Source of the DNA: Dictyostelium discoideum
Taxonomy: Eukaryota
Length of the DNA: 64,000 nt
Reading direction: 5' to 3'
Assembly: GCA_000004695.1 (NCBI GenBank)
Contig: CM000152.2
Coordinates: 3,040,001-3,104,000, forward strand
The notes under the pieces are model-generated. The model was given only the letters and a program-made list of their open reading frames with translations, was not told the origin of the DNA and ran no database searches. How positions within the stretch are numbered: position 1 is the stretch's first letter; every line of letters begins with the position of its first letter. Position numbers and translations under genes: made by a program. Positions 14,319-26,548 of this stretch are shown piece after piece.

Positions 14319-17300
14319 AAAAAAAAAAACAAAAAAAACAAAAAAAAAAAACCAAAAACCAAAAAACAAATACTAACTTTTTTAAAATTTTTCTTTTTAA
14401 ATTTTATTATTGTTTTTAAGTGCATGGTTAACACCAGATTCAGTAACAGATTTTTTAGAAAACCACCCACATAAGAATCAACCAAAGAGTAAACAATGGC
14501 AAAAAGCATATAATGCAGCAATCAAATATTTAAAAAATTCAGAGAGTGAACCAGATAGTGATTCTGATGGAGATTATTCTGGTTCGGATGATTCAAATAT
14601 AGAGAGCGCATCCTCAAGTAGTGAGTCTGAGAGTGAAAAAGTTAAAACGTCGAAAAAATCAGAGAAATCAACCAGTGGTAGTAGTAGTATTATTAATAAT
14701 AGTAGTAGTAGTAGTAAATCATCAGATTCCAAAAAAAAATCATCATCATCATCATCGTCATCGTCATCATCATTATCATCAAACTTAAAATCAGAATCTA
14801 AAAAATCAACATCCTCATTAAAATCAAAATCTAATGGTAGCTCCAAAGTTAAAGCATCAAAACCAGATAAAACTCCAGAACCTATTAAAACAGAGTCTTC
14901 ATCCACAAAATCTGAAGGAAAAACGGAAAAGGCTAAATTGAAAAAAGAAACAGTATCACCAACATTGTCCTCGTCATCATCATCGTCATCAAAAAAGAAA
15001 TCAAGTACCAACAGTAGTAATGGAAAAAGAAAAATTAAAAGCATCAGTAGTGATAGTGAAAGTAGTGACAGTGATAGCGATAGTTTAAGTGATAGTGATA
15101 GTATGAGTGATTCAGATTTTAGCAGTAGTGAAGATGAGGAAAAACATAAAAAACATAAGAGGTTAAAGAAATTGGTAGATCAACCACCAAAGAAAAAAGA
15201 AAAACTTAGTAATGGTGGCAGTAAAAAAGAAATAGCAAGTAAATCTTCCAAAGTAACCACAGCCATTACTACAACAATTGCAGAGACGCCACAACAATCA
15301 ATAAAGAAATCATCCACATCATCATCATCGTCATCATCATCGTCATCACCACCCCTAAGGTCACCAATTACAACCACAACTACAACAACCACAACTACAT
15401 TAATGTCACCACCAACTCAACATCAATCCAATCAAAATTCACTCAGTAGTAGTAATAAACTTTTATCAAAATTAACAAATACAAAGATTCCAATTGTTTC
15501 ATCCTCTTCAACAACTACTACATCAAATGGAAATGGTTTGGGTAATGGTGGTTCTATAATAGGTGTCATTGGAAATAGTATAACCAACAATGGTAGTAGT
15601 GGTAATAGTAATAGTAGTAGTAATAGTATTAATAGCAGTAGCATCACCAATAGTAATAGTACAAATATCATTGATTTTTCAATAGATGATAAACCTTATT
15701 ATAAAGATCCACCCATTTATTCGACAGCAGCACCAACAAAAACAGGTAAATTAGGATCGAACCGAATTTCATCAGAACCTTCACCTTGGAGTATTGATAC
15801 CTCTGACATTAGACAGCAAAGTTCACCAACGATTCAAGCACACAACATGAGTGCTACAACCATTGGAGGAACCAGTATCAATGGAACAACTAGCAGTATT
15901 TATGACTCCTATACCAGTAAATATGGAATGGGTATCAATCCTGATCCATACACTAGTTACACAAGCAATAGCAGCGCAACTCGATATGTCGATGATTATT
16001 ATGCATCCTCATTATTTAAAGATCCATTACTTTCATCCAGTAGCACAACAACAACATCAACCACAACTACACCATTACCAAAAACCTATTACCAAACTTA
16101 CAGTGTAATAGATGTACAAAAATCACCTTACTCTTCATATAAACCAACTTCATCAATTTCATCTTCAACAACATCAACTCCCATTTCACTTTCAACTACT
16201 ACAACCACTTCTTCAACATCATCATCATCGTCATCATCAACACAACCACCACATAATCAATCATCAACCTCTTTGTATAGCCCACACAACCACCATCTAC
16301 ACCACCACAGCCATCATGATATTTTAGATAGCAGAATTTCACCTCCAAAACAGCATCCTATTGATCCTTACTATGAAGATGATTACAGAGATAGAAGGTA
16401 TAGCAGACCGCCATTACCACATCAACAACAACAACAACAGCAACAACAGCAACAACAACAGCAACAACAACAACCAATTTCACCATACTCAAATAGAAAT
16501 GATTTAGATAGAAGAGATCATTACCATGATTCATCACTTTCCCCATCACCCTATAAATCAAGAGATCAATCCCTCCCACCAAGAAGAAGGGACGATGGGT
16601 ATTTACCACCTCCATCACAAACTCAAACCAATTCTTCATCAACATTACCTCAAAACAGAGATTTAAGAATAAATGATTATAATGACAGAGATTTTAGAGA
16701 CAGCCATCCAAGAGATACCAGAACTCCAATTAGAGATTTGAGAGATCGTCCACCCCCACCTTCATCATCCTCATCATCACCTGCACCACTTGGTGGAGGC
16801 TCAAATTATAGAGATCCATATTATGATGGTAGAGGTAGAGGTTTGAGAGGAGGACCACCACCATACAGAGATAATCGTGATAACATTAGACCACCAGTAG
16901 ATAGATATAGAGATAACAACCGAGGTGGAGGTGGTGATTGGGATAGAGACCGTGATTGGGACAGAGACAGAGATAGAATTGATCATAGAGATCGTGATTG
17001 GGATAGATTGGATGACCGTGGTAGAGATAGGGATTTTAGAGATCGTGACATCAGAGACAGAGATTTCAGGGACCGTGATAGAGATTTTAGAGATATTCGT
17101 GATAGAGACCTCTGGGAGAGAGATAGATTATTGGATCGTGAAAGAGACCTCCGTGATAGAGACCTCTGGGAAAGAGATAGAATGTTGGACAGAGACAGAG
17201 AAAGAGATAGACTAGACAGACCAATCGATCATGTAAGGGATAGAGATAGACTTTTAGATGGTCGTGATGGTAGACTATCAATTGATAGTAGAGATAGAAT

Positions 17301-17688
17301 GTTGGATAGAAATGATAGAATTATTGATAATGGTAGAGATAGAGGTGATAGAATTATTGATAATGGTAGGGATAGAATATATTCATCTCAACAACAACAG
17401 CAGCAACAGCAACAACAACAACAACAACCACTTCTCCTACTTCAACATCATCAACCACAATCAAGCATTTTAACATCCTCATCCTCTTCATCTTCAACAA
17501 CTACAACCACTACAACAACAACTGTACCATCATCATCATCGTCATCCTCTTCATCTAATTTATTACCAACAACAACTTCAATAACAATAGCTTCAAACGA
17601 TATTTTATCATCGTCAAATCTTTTAAATGCTCCAATTACTCCAAGTAAAAGAGAAAGTAAATGGGATAAAGAATCAACTAATGGGTCC

Positions 17689-17719
<31 letters not shown>

Positions 17720-17739
17720 ATAATAATAATAATAATAAC

Positions 17740-17780
<41 letters not shown>

Positions 17781-17796
17781 TAATAATAATAATAAT

Positions 17797-17827
<31 letters not shown>

Positions 17828-17877
17828 GTACATCATCAGTTGGCACTACCTCAAAATCAATTACCCCAACAAAATAA
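14033..17877 (+). CDS. PWWP-domain protein, about 1200 aa. It is Ser-rich and low-complexity with an extended Arg-Asp (RD) dipeptide repeat. At least two exons: 14033..~14231 and ~14421 or 14438..17877.
   Basis: The N-terminus MKEDKKSTNGEYVAGTNFRYGQVVYGRMPGYPQWPARVHDPS...ILLHFFSSND is a PWWP motif in a PWWP-type beta-barrel context. An A-rich intron follows. The downstream frame AWLTPDSVTDFLENHPHK... runs to 17877. It contains poly-Ser, poly-Thr, poly-Gln and poly-Asn tracts and RDRDWDRDRDRIDHRDRDWDRLDDRGRDRDFRDRD... Confidence 0.7.
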
Positions 17878-18312
17878 AAAAAACGATTAAATTTTTTTTT
17901 TTTAATAAAAATAATATAATATATTTATATTTATAAATTTTGTACATAAATAGAAATTTTTTTTTTTTTTTTTTTTTATTTATTATTATTTATTTTATAA
18001 TTTTCATAAAAAAAACAATTCTTTATTTTTTCCAGGTTGTAATTTTCATAAAAATAAAAAAACAGTGTTTTATAAAAAAAAAAAAAATATCTTTCCAAAA
18101 TTTTATTAATTAAGATGTTTTTGAAAACACGTTTCAAAAAAAAAAATTAAAAAACACGTTTTAAAAAAAAAAAAAAAAAAATTAAAAAAAATTAAAAAAA
18201 AAAAAATTAAAGGAAATGAAAAAATAAATTATAAATAGTAATTAAAACACAAATAAAAAAAAAAATAATTTACCACAATAGAAAAAAATAAAATAAAAAA
18301 AAGAAATCAAAA

Positions 18313-18609
18313 ATGAATTGCCCAATATTTTTATGGAGAATTTATAAATATATAGTGCATTTATTTACAGGAAGATCAGAAATTGAAAGAATATGTTACA
18401 ATATTGAATTAAAATCATTAGATAGATTAGCGTTAATTGAAACTAGTGTAGACTATTCAAAACAACTTGTTCATATAAAAAAAGATATGAAATCAGAATT
18501 TGATCCAGGTGATGTTGCAATTAAAATAGTAGAAATTAAAGGTTTTAATCAAGAATTATTAGCATTTGATTCAATGTAAAATTAATTTCACATTTTATTT
18601 AAAAAAATA

Positions 18610-18651
<42 letters not shown>

Positions 18652-19360
18652 TTTATTTTAGAATTTTACCAAATTTAATATCAGCATTGGAACCAATTAG
18701 TTTATTCCAAGGATTAAAGAAATCAATAGAAAAAAAACAAAAGATACCATATGATAATAATAATCTTGAGCATGAGGCATCATTAGAGAGATTATGGGAG
18801 GCATTATTACCAGATGTTAGAAGATCTGCTAGATTATCTAAAGAATGGGGCACTTTAGGATTTCAAGGTATGGATCCAGCTACTGATTTTAGAGGTATGG
18901 GTATATTGGGTTTAGACAATTTAATTTATTTTTCTACTCAACATTCTGAAGATGCAAGAGAAATTTTAAAAAATTCAAATTCAAAATGTTGTTATCCATT
19001 TGCAATTACTGGTATCAATATTACTGCATTAGTTTTAAATTTAATTGATAAACCTCATTTTAAAATTTACTTTTTTAAAAATGGTTCCACTCTTACTCAA
19101 TTTAATGAACTTTATTGTAAGTTTTTATAAATTTATATAAATATAAATATAAATAAATAAATATATATATATTATTTATTTACTAATTCTTTTATTATTT
19201 TTTACCTTTTTTGAAATTATTAGCTCTAGTATTTATATCATTTGACAGATTTTACCAAAGTAAAAAACCAAAATCAATTATGGAGTTTAATACAATTAAA
19301 AAAGAATTTGAAACAAAAATTAGTCAAAATTCTGATCTTGTTCAACTATTACGTAATTAA
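18313..19360 (+). CDS. ELMO/CED-12 domain protein (ELMOD-like). Three exons: 18313-18575, 18662-19116, 19224-19360.
   Basis: LWRIYKYIVHLFTGRSEIERI ... LSKEWGTLGFQGMDPATDFRGMGILGLDNLIYF ... IMEFNTIKKEFE are ELMO-domain hallmarks (W..LGFQG..P.TDFRG.G.LGL). The two introns are in compatible phases (2, then 1). Confidence 0.8.
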
Positions 19361-19756
19361 AAAGAAAGATAGAAAAAAAAAAAAAAAAAAAAAAAAAGAA
19401 ATAAACTTATTTTGTAAATATTTAATTTTTAAAAACAACTAAAGTCATAATATGAATGAGGTAATCATTTTTTACCAATTTTCTTGAGTTTGAATTTGGT
19501 TTAATTAAATATTGATCAATACTGGGTATTTTGGAATAATTAAAATACTTTCGTTAAAGTTTATATTTTTTATTAAAATTATTTTATTTTAATTATAATG
19601 AACATATTTTGTATAAAACTTAGATATGAAATAATCAATATATTTTCCCCATTTCTTTTCTGATTATATTATTCTTTTTCAAAAATCTTTTGAAACCCAA
19701 TAGATATTTAAATTAATTCTATTTTATTTAAATCGGGATTTGCATAAAAAAAAAAT

Positions 19757-19798
19757 ATCAAAAATGCCTGGATGGCTCAGTGGGTAGAGCGAGCGGCT
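19757..19798 (+). repeat. Copy 1 of a 42-bp direct repeat: 9 bp of upstream flank plus the first 33 nt of tRNA-Asn (19766-19798), i.e. a tRNA 5'-half pseudo-fragment
   Basis: atcaaaaat + GCCTGGATGGCTCAGTGGGTAGAGCGAGCGGCT matches 20637-20678 with 2 mismatches. It ends exactly at nt 33 of the tRNA, just before the anticodon. No 3' half of the tRNA follows. Confidence 0.8.
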
Positions 19799-19960
19799 AT
19801 TAGTTATTTTTATCATTTAATTGAAAATATTTTAATGAAATATTTAAAAATGGACTTTTTTTTTAATGGAATAACGCAATTTTTAGTTGCTTCTTCTTGA
19901 GATATGACTCATTTTATTAATTTTATTTTTAGATATTACAGGTGCCTTTTGGGGTTGTAT

Positions 19961-20009
<49 letters not shown>

Positions 20010-20636
20010 TTGGGGGGTGTAGAGTGTGTTTAGTGACGTAATATATTTGTTGAGGTTTGATGGTAGTGCTACTGTGTGTAGTGGTGAGTTCCAGTGTTTG
20101 CTAAATCTTTCGAGTTGTAGGGAGATGATGTTTTTGAATTTTTTTATTTGTTCGTTGTTGGTTGCTTTTTTTTCTTGTCTGATTAGTTTGTATATGTTGT
20201 TTTTTGTTCTTTCCCAGGCTGCTGTTTGAGTTTTCTTTAGTTCGTGTACTAGTAGTTGTTTTCTTAAGTTTTTGAGTGTTATTCCTTCGTGGATTTTCTT
20301 GTTTCTTCTTCTCCAGATGTTTTCGCAAATAATGGCTATGGCGTTGGCTGTTAATGGAATGTCTAGTCTGTTGAAGATTTCTATTCCCCAATTGATTCTG
20401 GATCCTCCAGATTTTTCTTGAATGTAGTTGATGCACTCTTGAGTTTCTTTAATGTGTGATTTGCATTTGAAGAAGATGTGTTCTGAGGTTTCCTGTTCGT
20501 TACACCAGATGCAAGGGGCGTTGTGGATCTTTGGAAGAGCTTTAAGAGCTAATCTCCATAGGAGGTCTCTTCTTTTCAAGTTGACTATTTTCCTGATTTA
20601 TTTTAAAATGGACAGGAGCAAAAAAAACGAAGTTTC
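19799..20636 (-). mobile_element. 5'-truncated non-LTR (LINE-like, TRE-type) retrotransposon fragment. Contains the ORF2 C-terminus (20004-20579, minus strand) and a poly(A) tail of about 43 nt (plus 19963-20005), followed by 164 bp of unassigned sequence (19799-19962).
   Basis: The minus-strand ORF ...LALKALPKIHNAPCIWCNEQETSEHIFFKCKSHIKE... carries the classic LINE ORF2 C-terminal C-x2-C-x3-ET-x2-H-[IL]FF-x-C zinc-knuckle. Its TAA stop runs directly into a poly(A) tract of about 43 nt, seen as poly(T) on the plus strand. The element lies immediately upstream of tRNA-Asn with its 5' end facing the tRNA, as expected for dictyostelid tRNA-gene-targeted retroelements. The whole 838-bp block is flanked by the 42-bp direct repeat. 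Confidence 0.6.
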
Positions 20637-20678
20637 ATCAAAAATGCCTGGATGGCTCAGTAGGCAGAGCGAGCGGCT
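20637..20678 (+). repeat. Copy 2 of the 42-bp direct repeat. It continues into the intact tRNA-Asn gene.
   Basis: atcaaaaat + GCCTGGATGGCTCAGTAGGCAGAGCGAGCGGCT. See 19757-19798. Confidence 0.8.
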
Positions 20679-20718
20679 GTTAACCGCTAGGTCCATGGTT
20701 CGATCCCATGTCTAGGCG
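20646..20718 (+). tRNA. tRNA-Asn (anticodon GUU)
   Basis: The 73-nt cloverleaf folds by hand. Acceptor stem GCCTGGA / TCTAGGC, with one G-U pair. D arm GCTC-AGTAGGCA-GAGC with A-box TGGCTCAGTAGG. Anticodon stem AGCGG/CCGCT and loop CTGTTAA, giving anticodon GTT. T arm CATGG-TTCGATC-CCATG with B-box GGTTCGATCC. Discriminator G. Confidence 0.9.
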
Positions 20719-20750
20719 AAAATTTTGAAGCTCGAAAAAAATAAATCACA

Positions 20751-20761
20751 GGTTCAATTCC
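20751..20761 (+). promoter_or_regulatory. Candidate external B box (ex-B) about 32 bp downstream of tRNA-Asn
   Basis: GGTTCAATTCC matches the B-box consensus GGTTCRANTCC. Dictyostelid tRNA genes commonly carry a second B box 20-40 bp downstream. Confidence 0.4.
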
Positions 20762-21340
20762 CGAAAAAACAGAAAACTAGAAAAAATCTCATTCAAAACT
20801 TCCATACAAACAAAAAACAATTCTCTTTATTAGATAATTTTTTAAATAAAAAATAAAAAAATAACTTTTTTAAAATTTTTTTTAAATAATGAAATTGTTA
20901 AAATGAGGGTAAAAATATTTATTTTAATATTTCAAAAGATTAAATTATTTATTTTTTCTATTTTTTTTAATTTTTTTTTTTTTTTTTTTTTTTTTTTCAA
21001 TAAAAGGTATTTTATAACATCAAGGATTAGCCACCTTTCGATATTCTTTCAATTATGTCATGTTAGTAAATTAAAAGGTTAATTTTTTATTTTATTTTAA
21101 AATTTTTAAATTTCCCAAACCCATCAAAGTATTTCATGACGAAAGCATTTAATGAAAAGTTGAATTGCTTAAAAAATTAATAAATTGATTTTCATTATTT
21201 TTTCACATTAACTAATTTTCAAAGATTAATGTGATAAAAAAAAATTATTTTTTTAATTTCCCAAACCTTTAAAAGCATTTCATGATGAAAAGTCAAATCT
21301 AACCCACCAAAACACAAATTCTTTGAAAATATTTCAAGTG

Positions 21341-21378
<38 letters not shown>

Positions 21379-21637
21379 AATAAAAAAGATTTTTATTTTT
21401 CAAAAAAAAAAAAATAAAAAAAAAAAAAAAAAAAAAAATTGAAATCAACCAACTGTTTCATTTTTTTTATAAATAAACCAATCACCAAAAAAAAATAAAA
21501 AAAATTAAAAAAATTAAAAAAATTAAAAATAGCATACATTAAATTTTAAATAATTGAAAATAAATAAATAACAACCATTGTTGTTTTTAAACAAAAAAAA
21601 AAAAAATAATAATAATAAAAAACTAAACTAAAAAGAA

Positions 21638-23720
21638 ATGGAAGGACCATTAATTTTAGTTTTAGTAAAATTTTTTTTAAAGTTTATTGCTTATTTATTT
21701 TCTTTATTAGCCATACCTATTACACTTTATTCAATAGTTTTAAATGTATTGTATCATTTTTTTAATTTTTTTTTTTTTATCCTCACAAAAACCCCACAAA
21801 AACCACTAACTTTTTTTTTTTTTTTTTTTTTTTATTTTCAGAAAATATTAAAATATGATTGTAAAGATAGTCCAGGAGGGCATTTTTTAATATTTATACC
21901 AAGAATAATTTTGGTAATACCATTTTTCTTTTCATTCCCATTATTAGCATATTTATATGGATGGCTAGTTGATAAAGCAATTCAAGGTGCAGTTTATGTA
22001 CCATTTGTAATTGCAATTGGATTTTTATTTGCAATAGTAATTGGTTATTGGTTCACAAGATCAATGAGTTTATTTAAAGATTCAATTAGTAAAATGAAAA
22101 TAACGTAAATATATATTTATAAAGAAGAAAAAAAAAAAAAAAAAAAAAGAATAATTACTAACCCATTTCAAAAATAAAGTGGAGATGAAAGTTATTTTAA
22201 AGGACTTGGAGAAAGTCTTTTAGATATTGGTGCAGTATTTGCATTTTTTATATCAATTATTACAATAGTTAGAATTCCATTCATGTTAATGGCATTAGCA
22301 AAAAGAAGTACTTTTGAGTATGATAAAAAGTCAATTAGAAAGAATTTATTCATTCATATGTTTTTAATCATTTTTGATATTTTATCATTACCTTCACTAT
22401 TAATTGTTTTATTAACAATTTTAAGAGCTGGTTCATTATTTTCAAAAATTAAAAAAGTAAGTTTTTATATTATTTTTATTTATTTATCAATTGGTTCCAA
22501 AAAAATATTATTATTATTATTATTTTTTATTTTTTTTCTAATCATTTTTTTATTAATTATCAAAAAAAGGATTATTCAACACCATGGAGAATATGTTTTA
22601 ATTTAAATCTTAGATTAGAAATTTTAAAAAATGCAATAATTGTTTTCTTAGAATTTGGAGTAATGTTATTAAGTTTTGTTTTAATTTTAGCACCATGGAG
22701 AATTCCAACTGCAATTAAAGAATTTAAAAAAGGTAAATCTCAAGGTGAAAAATTTGGACAATACTTTGTTGAAGAATTAAATGCATTAGTAGATTTAGGT
22801 GTAATTTTAATATGTACACCATTACTTGTTACTCTTTATAGAATACCTGTATTAATTCATAAATTTCGTAGAAATGATGTTGTAAGTATTAATTATTCTT
22901 ATTATTATTATTATTATTATTAAAATTTACAATAGAATTAATTTATTAATTTAACTTTTTTTATACAAAAAGACAAATGCAAGAGAAAGAAGAATTGAAG
23001 CATTATTTCAAACATTATTTATTATAGTTGATTTCTTTATATTATTATTTTCAATATTTATATTGATTACAATTTATAGAGTACCAAGAACCATTAGAAA
23101 GATTTTAGATTCACCACATAGATATTATGAAAAGATTACAATTCAATTCTTAAAGATTTGGGCAGATGTACCATTCTTGTTTATGGGATTAATTGTAACT
23201 ATTTTATTATGGAGAGCACCATTTATGTATACTCAAATGTATAGAGCAACCACTAAAAGAGATAGAAGATCAATTATTAAACGTCATTTCCTTTGGTTAT
23301 GGATTGATATTTTAGATTTACCATTTGTTTTAAGTAGTTTCATTATCTTATTAACATTATGGAGATCCTATGCATTCGTTTGTGGTTTCATTACAATGGA
23401 TACTCGTAAAAAGCAAAGAATATTCGTTATTAAACAAATCTTTTATTGGTTTATGGATATACCAACTTTTATTGGTCTATTATTAATTACTATCACAATT
23501 TATAGATTACCAAAAACCATAAAATTATTAAGAAGTTATTTTAAATATACAAATTTTGATATGGATTTATCAAAAGTTAATTCCTCCTCTTCAAATACCT
23601 CAAATACTTCTAGAAGAGATGCATATACTTTTGAAGATTCACAAATACCACCAATACCATCAGAAGAAGAAAATGAAGATAATCCAACACCAGTAATTCA
23701 AAATAATCAATCAAAATCAA

Positions 23721-23755
<35 letters not shown>

Positions 23756-26512
23756 TTAGAAATTGAAGAAGAAAGATTTTCATCTTGGCGTAAAGTTGTA
23801 TTAAGTCAATTATTTTTATTATTAATTGATATACCATTCCCAATATTAATCTTAATGACAATGTGGAGATTACCAATTTTAATTAAGAGATTAAAAGAAA
23901 TTAATGATCCAATTAGAAAATATTCATTAAGAAGATTATTAATTTTAAGATATGTTTTATTGACATTTTTAGATTTGCTTTGTTTGGTACCAACATTATT
24001 TATATTGTTAACAGGTTGGAGAATACCATCATTCATATCAATGGTAAAGCAATACCAACGTGGTGACAATGAACATAGATTACTTGGTTTACTATTTTGG
24101 GATACTCTAGTCGATATACCATTTGTATTGATGGGTTTAATTACAATACCATTCCTTTGGAGAGGTCCATTTTTAATTAAAACCATTTTCATCAAACGTG
24201 AATGTAAAACCGATAAAGAAGCAAGAATAATGGCAGCAAAATATTTGGGTGTATGTTTATTGGATTTGGTAATATTCTTGGAATTAATTATAATCACTTG
24301 TACAATGTGGAGATTTAAAACTTTTATTAAAACATTTAAAGATGAATTAAAAAGAAGAGAAACTGATAGATCATCACATAAATTCTTTCAAACTATTTGT
24401 TTCTTTTATTCAACATCAATCACTTGTATTATCATTGTAGTTGATATTTGGAAATCTATTCAAATTTTAATCATTTGTTTATTCATTAAACAAATTGCAC
24501 CACTTTATAGAGCAATTAAAACCAAAATTGCAGAAACACCAGATTTCACATTGGCTGATACTTTGAAAATTATAGATTACTATTTCCTTCATACTCTTAT
24601 GGATGTACCACATGTTTTCTTAATACCAATTAAATTATTGGCTTTCCCATTCCTACCAATTCATTTATATTTAAAGTATAGAATTAAAGCAAAACAAAAT
24701 GAACAAAGAAAATTACAATTGGAAAAGCAACGTGAAGAAATTCAAATTCATATTCAAAGACAATATGATAATTTGGATAATGATTTACCAATTATACCAA
24801 TACCAAATAATCCAACATTGGTTAAAGATGAAGATTTAATTGAAACATCTACTACAATGTCATTTATTCATTATCCAATACTTTGGTTACATGATACTTC
24901 AAAAGAATTATTAAATTATTATGAATTGGATAAATTCTTTATAATTAATATGTTTGGATTAGGTTTAATAGTAATTAATGAACTTTCATTGATTGTTGTA
25001 TTGGTAAATTGTTTATACATGTTTTTGGTTACACTTGGTTCACCAGCATGGAGAGGTACAATGGAAAAATATGGTTGGGATGCATTGGGTAAAGCTTCAG
25101 GTCCAATGGTGATTTTCGAATATATTACAGTGGTATTACAAGCTTTATTATTCCCAATATTCATTTTAATTCAAATTGCAATCGTACTATTACCAACTCT
25201 ATTGGCACTTGGTTTTTATCCATCACCAAATCTCGATTTCGTTCAATATTGGAAAGGTTTCTTTAGTGAACGTTCTTTCTGGAGAGAGGCTTCCCAATTT
25301 TCAAGTGGAGTTTGGGTGGCTCAAGCATTTTGGTTCTTGGTTTGTGTTGTATCTTGGCATGTAACATTTAAAGTCGCTAAAAAACATATACCAATTTTCT
25401 CACCATGGAAATCATATTATTGGTTAGTAAAGAAAGTATTCCATGGTAGAATTTGGTTCTGCTATAGATGGTTATTGGTTCAAGGTACTAGAGTTTGTTA
25501 TAAATTAAGAAGAGCTTGTTTAATTGGTGAATTGTTAATGTTCCCATTATTCATCATTTGGACTTGTTGGTCATTCATTATACCAATTGTAACAAAGATT
25601 TATTATATTTTCATTGCTTCTGGTATCATTTCATTAGGTTTAATAGTTATTGCTTATAAAGTTGTAAAAGAGAATTGGAATGATAAAGCTGCCAATGGTG
25701 GTCAAGATGGTGGTGCTGATAAGAATCAATTATTAATGAATCTACAATCGGTAGAATGTGAATTGCCAGAAAGTGGTGGTATAGTATTTAAATTCCAAGC
25801 TAATAAATCATATGATCAATCGTTAATTCAAATTAAAGATGCACGTCTTTCAATTGAAGGTGAATCACTTTGGGAGGCAATCTATCAAATTGTTGGTAAA
25901 ACTAAAGTTAGAGCGGCATTAATGGTAGTTGGTTATCCAATCTCTTTGGTACCAATGTTTTTAGATGTTGATCAAGTTAATCAAACTACTCAAAATTTGG
26001 ATGATTCTGGTAGAACTCAAAGAACATGTTCTTTCCAATTAAAAATTGGTATTGAAGGTAGTAAATTCTTAATGAAAAAGAAATTAATTACAAGATTATT
26101 AAATCAAATTAGAGAAATTAATAATCAACCATTCGAAATTGTAATTGAATATGGTAAAAAGAATTTTGGTTGGGAAAAACATGGAAATATACTTAAATTT
26201 AAAACTTCTGTTACAACATTATTTGATAATACAATTAATTCAATTAATAATTATGAAAGTTATTTTGATAATAATAATAATATTCGTTTAAATGATATTG
26301 GTACACCATCTTATAATAATAATAATAATAATAATAGATTATCTCCAATAGCTCCAGCCAGAAATAATACCTCATCAAGTGTTAGAAATGCAAGAAATAG
26401 TGTTGAAATTCAAAGAAGTCATTATACCATAAATAATGATGAAATTGATCCTGAACAAATTGAAATTTTAAGACAAATCCAACTTGAGAATGAAAAAAGA
26501 AAACAACAACAA

Positions 26513-26548
<36 letters not shown>

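Noticed and set aside
14574-17846. Several minus-strand ORFs (poly-D, poly-V, poly-L) within the PWWP gene
   Set aside because: These are antisense readings of Ser/Asn/Asp/Arg codon repeats in the sense gene.
19766-19962. Possibility that the orphan tRNA-Asn 5' half is an intron-containing tRNA gene
   Set aside because: No complementary anticodon-stem 3' strand (CCGCT) or T-arm occurs anywhere in the following 170 bp before the poly(T). Dictyostelid tRNA introns are short and sit 1 nt 3' of the anticodon.
20101-20436. Second minus-strand ORF (111 aa, K/R/T/N-rich) overlapping the retroelement ORF2 fragment
   Set aside because: It is an out-of-frame overlap with the ORF carrying the zinc-knuckle, it is low-complexity basic, and it has no motif support. 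It is treated as spurious.
21746-21841. Whether the first intron of the repeat-membrane-protein gene is real or read through
   Set aside because: Read-through is in frame and gives HFFNFFFFILTKTPQKPLTFFFFFFFYFQ. The segment has a GTATTG donor, a ctaac branch-like site, a poly-T tract and a CAG acceptor, so an intron is more likely. It is kept as an intron but noted as uncertain; it does not alter the downstream frame.
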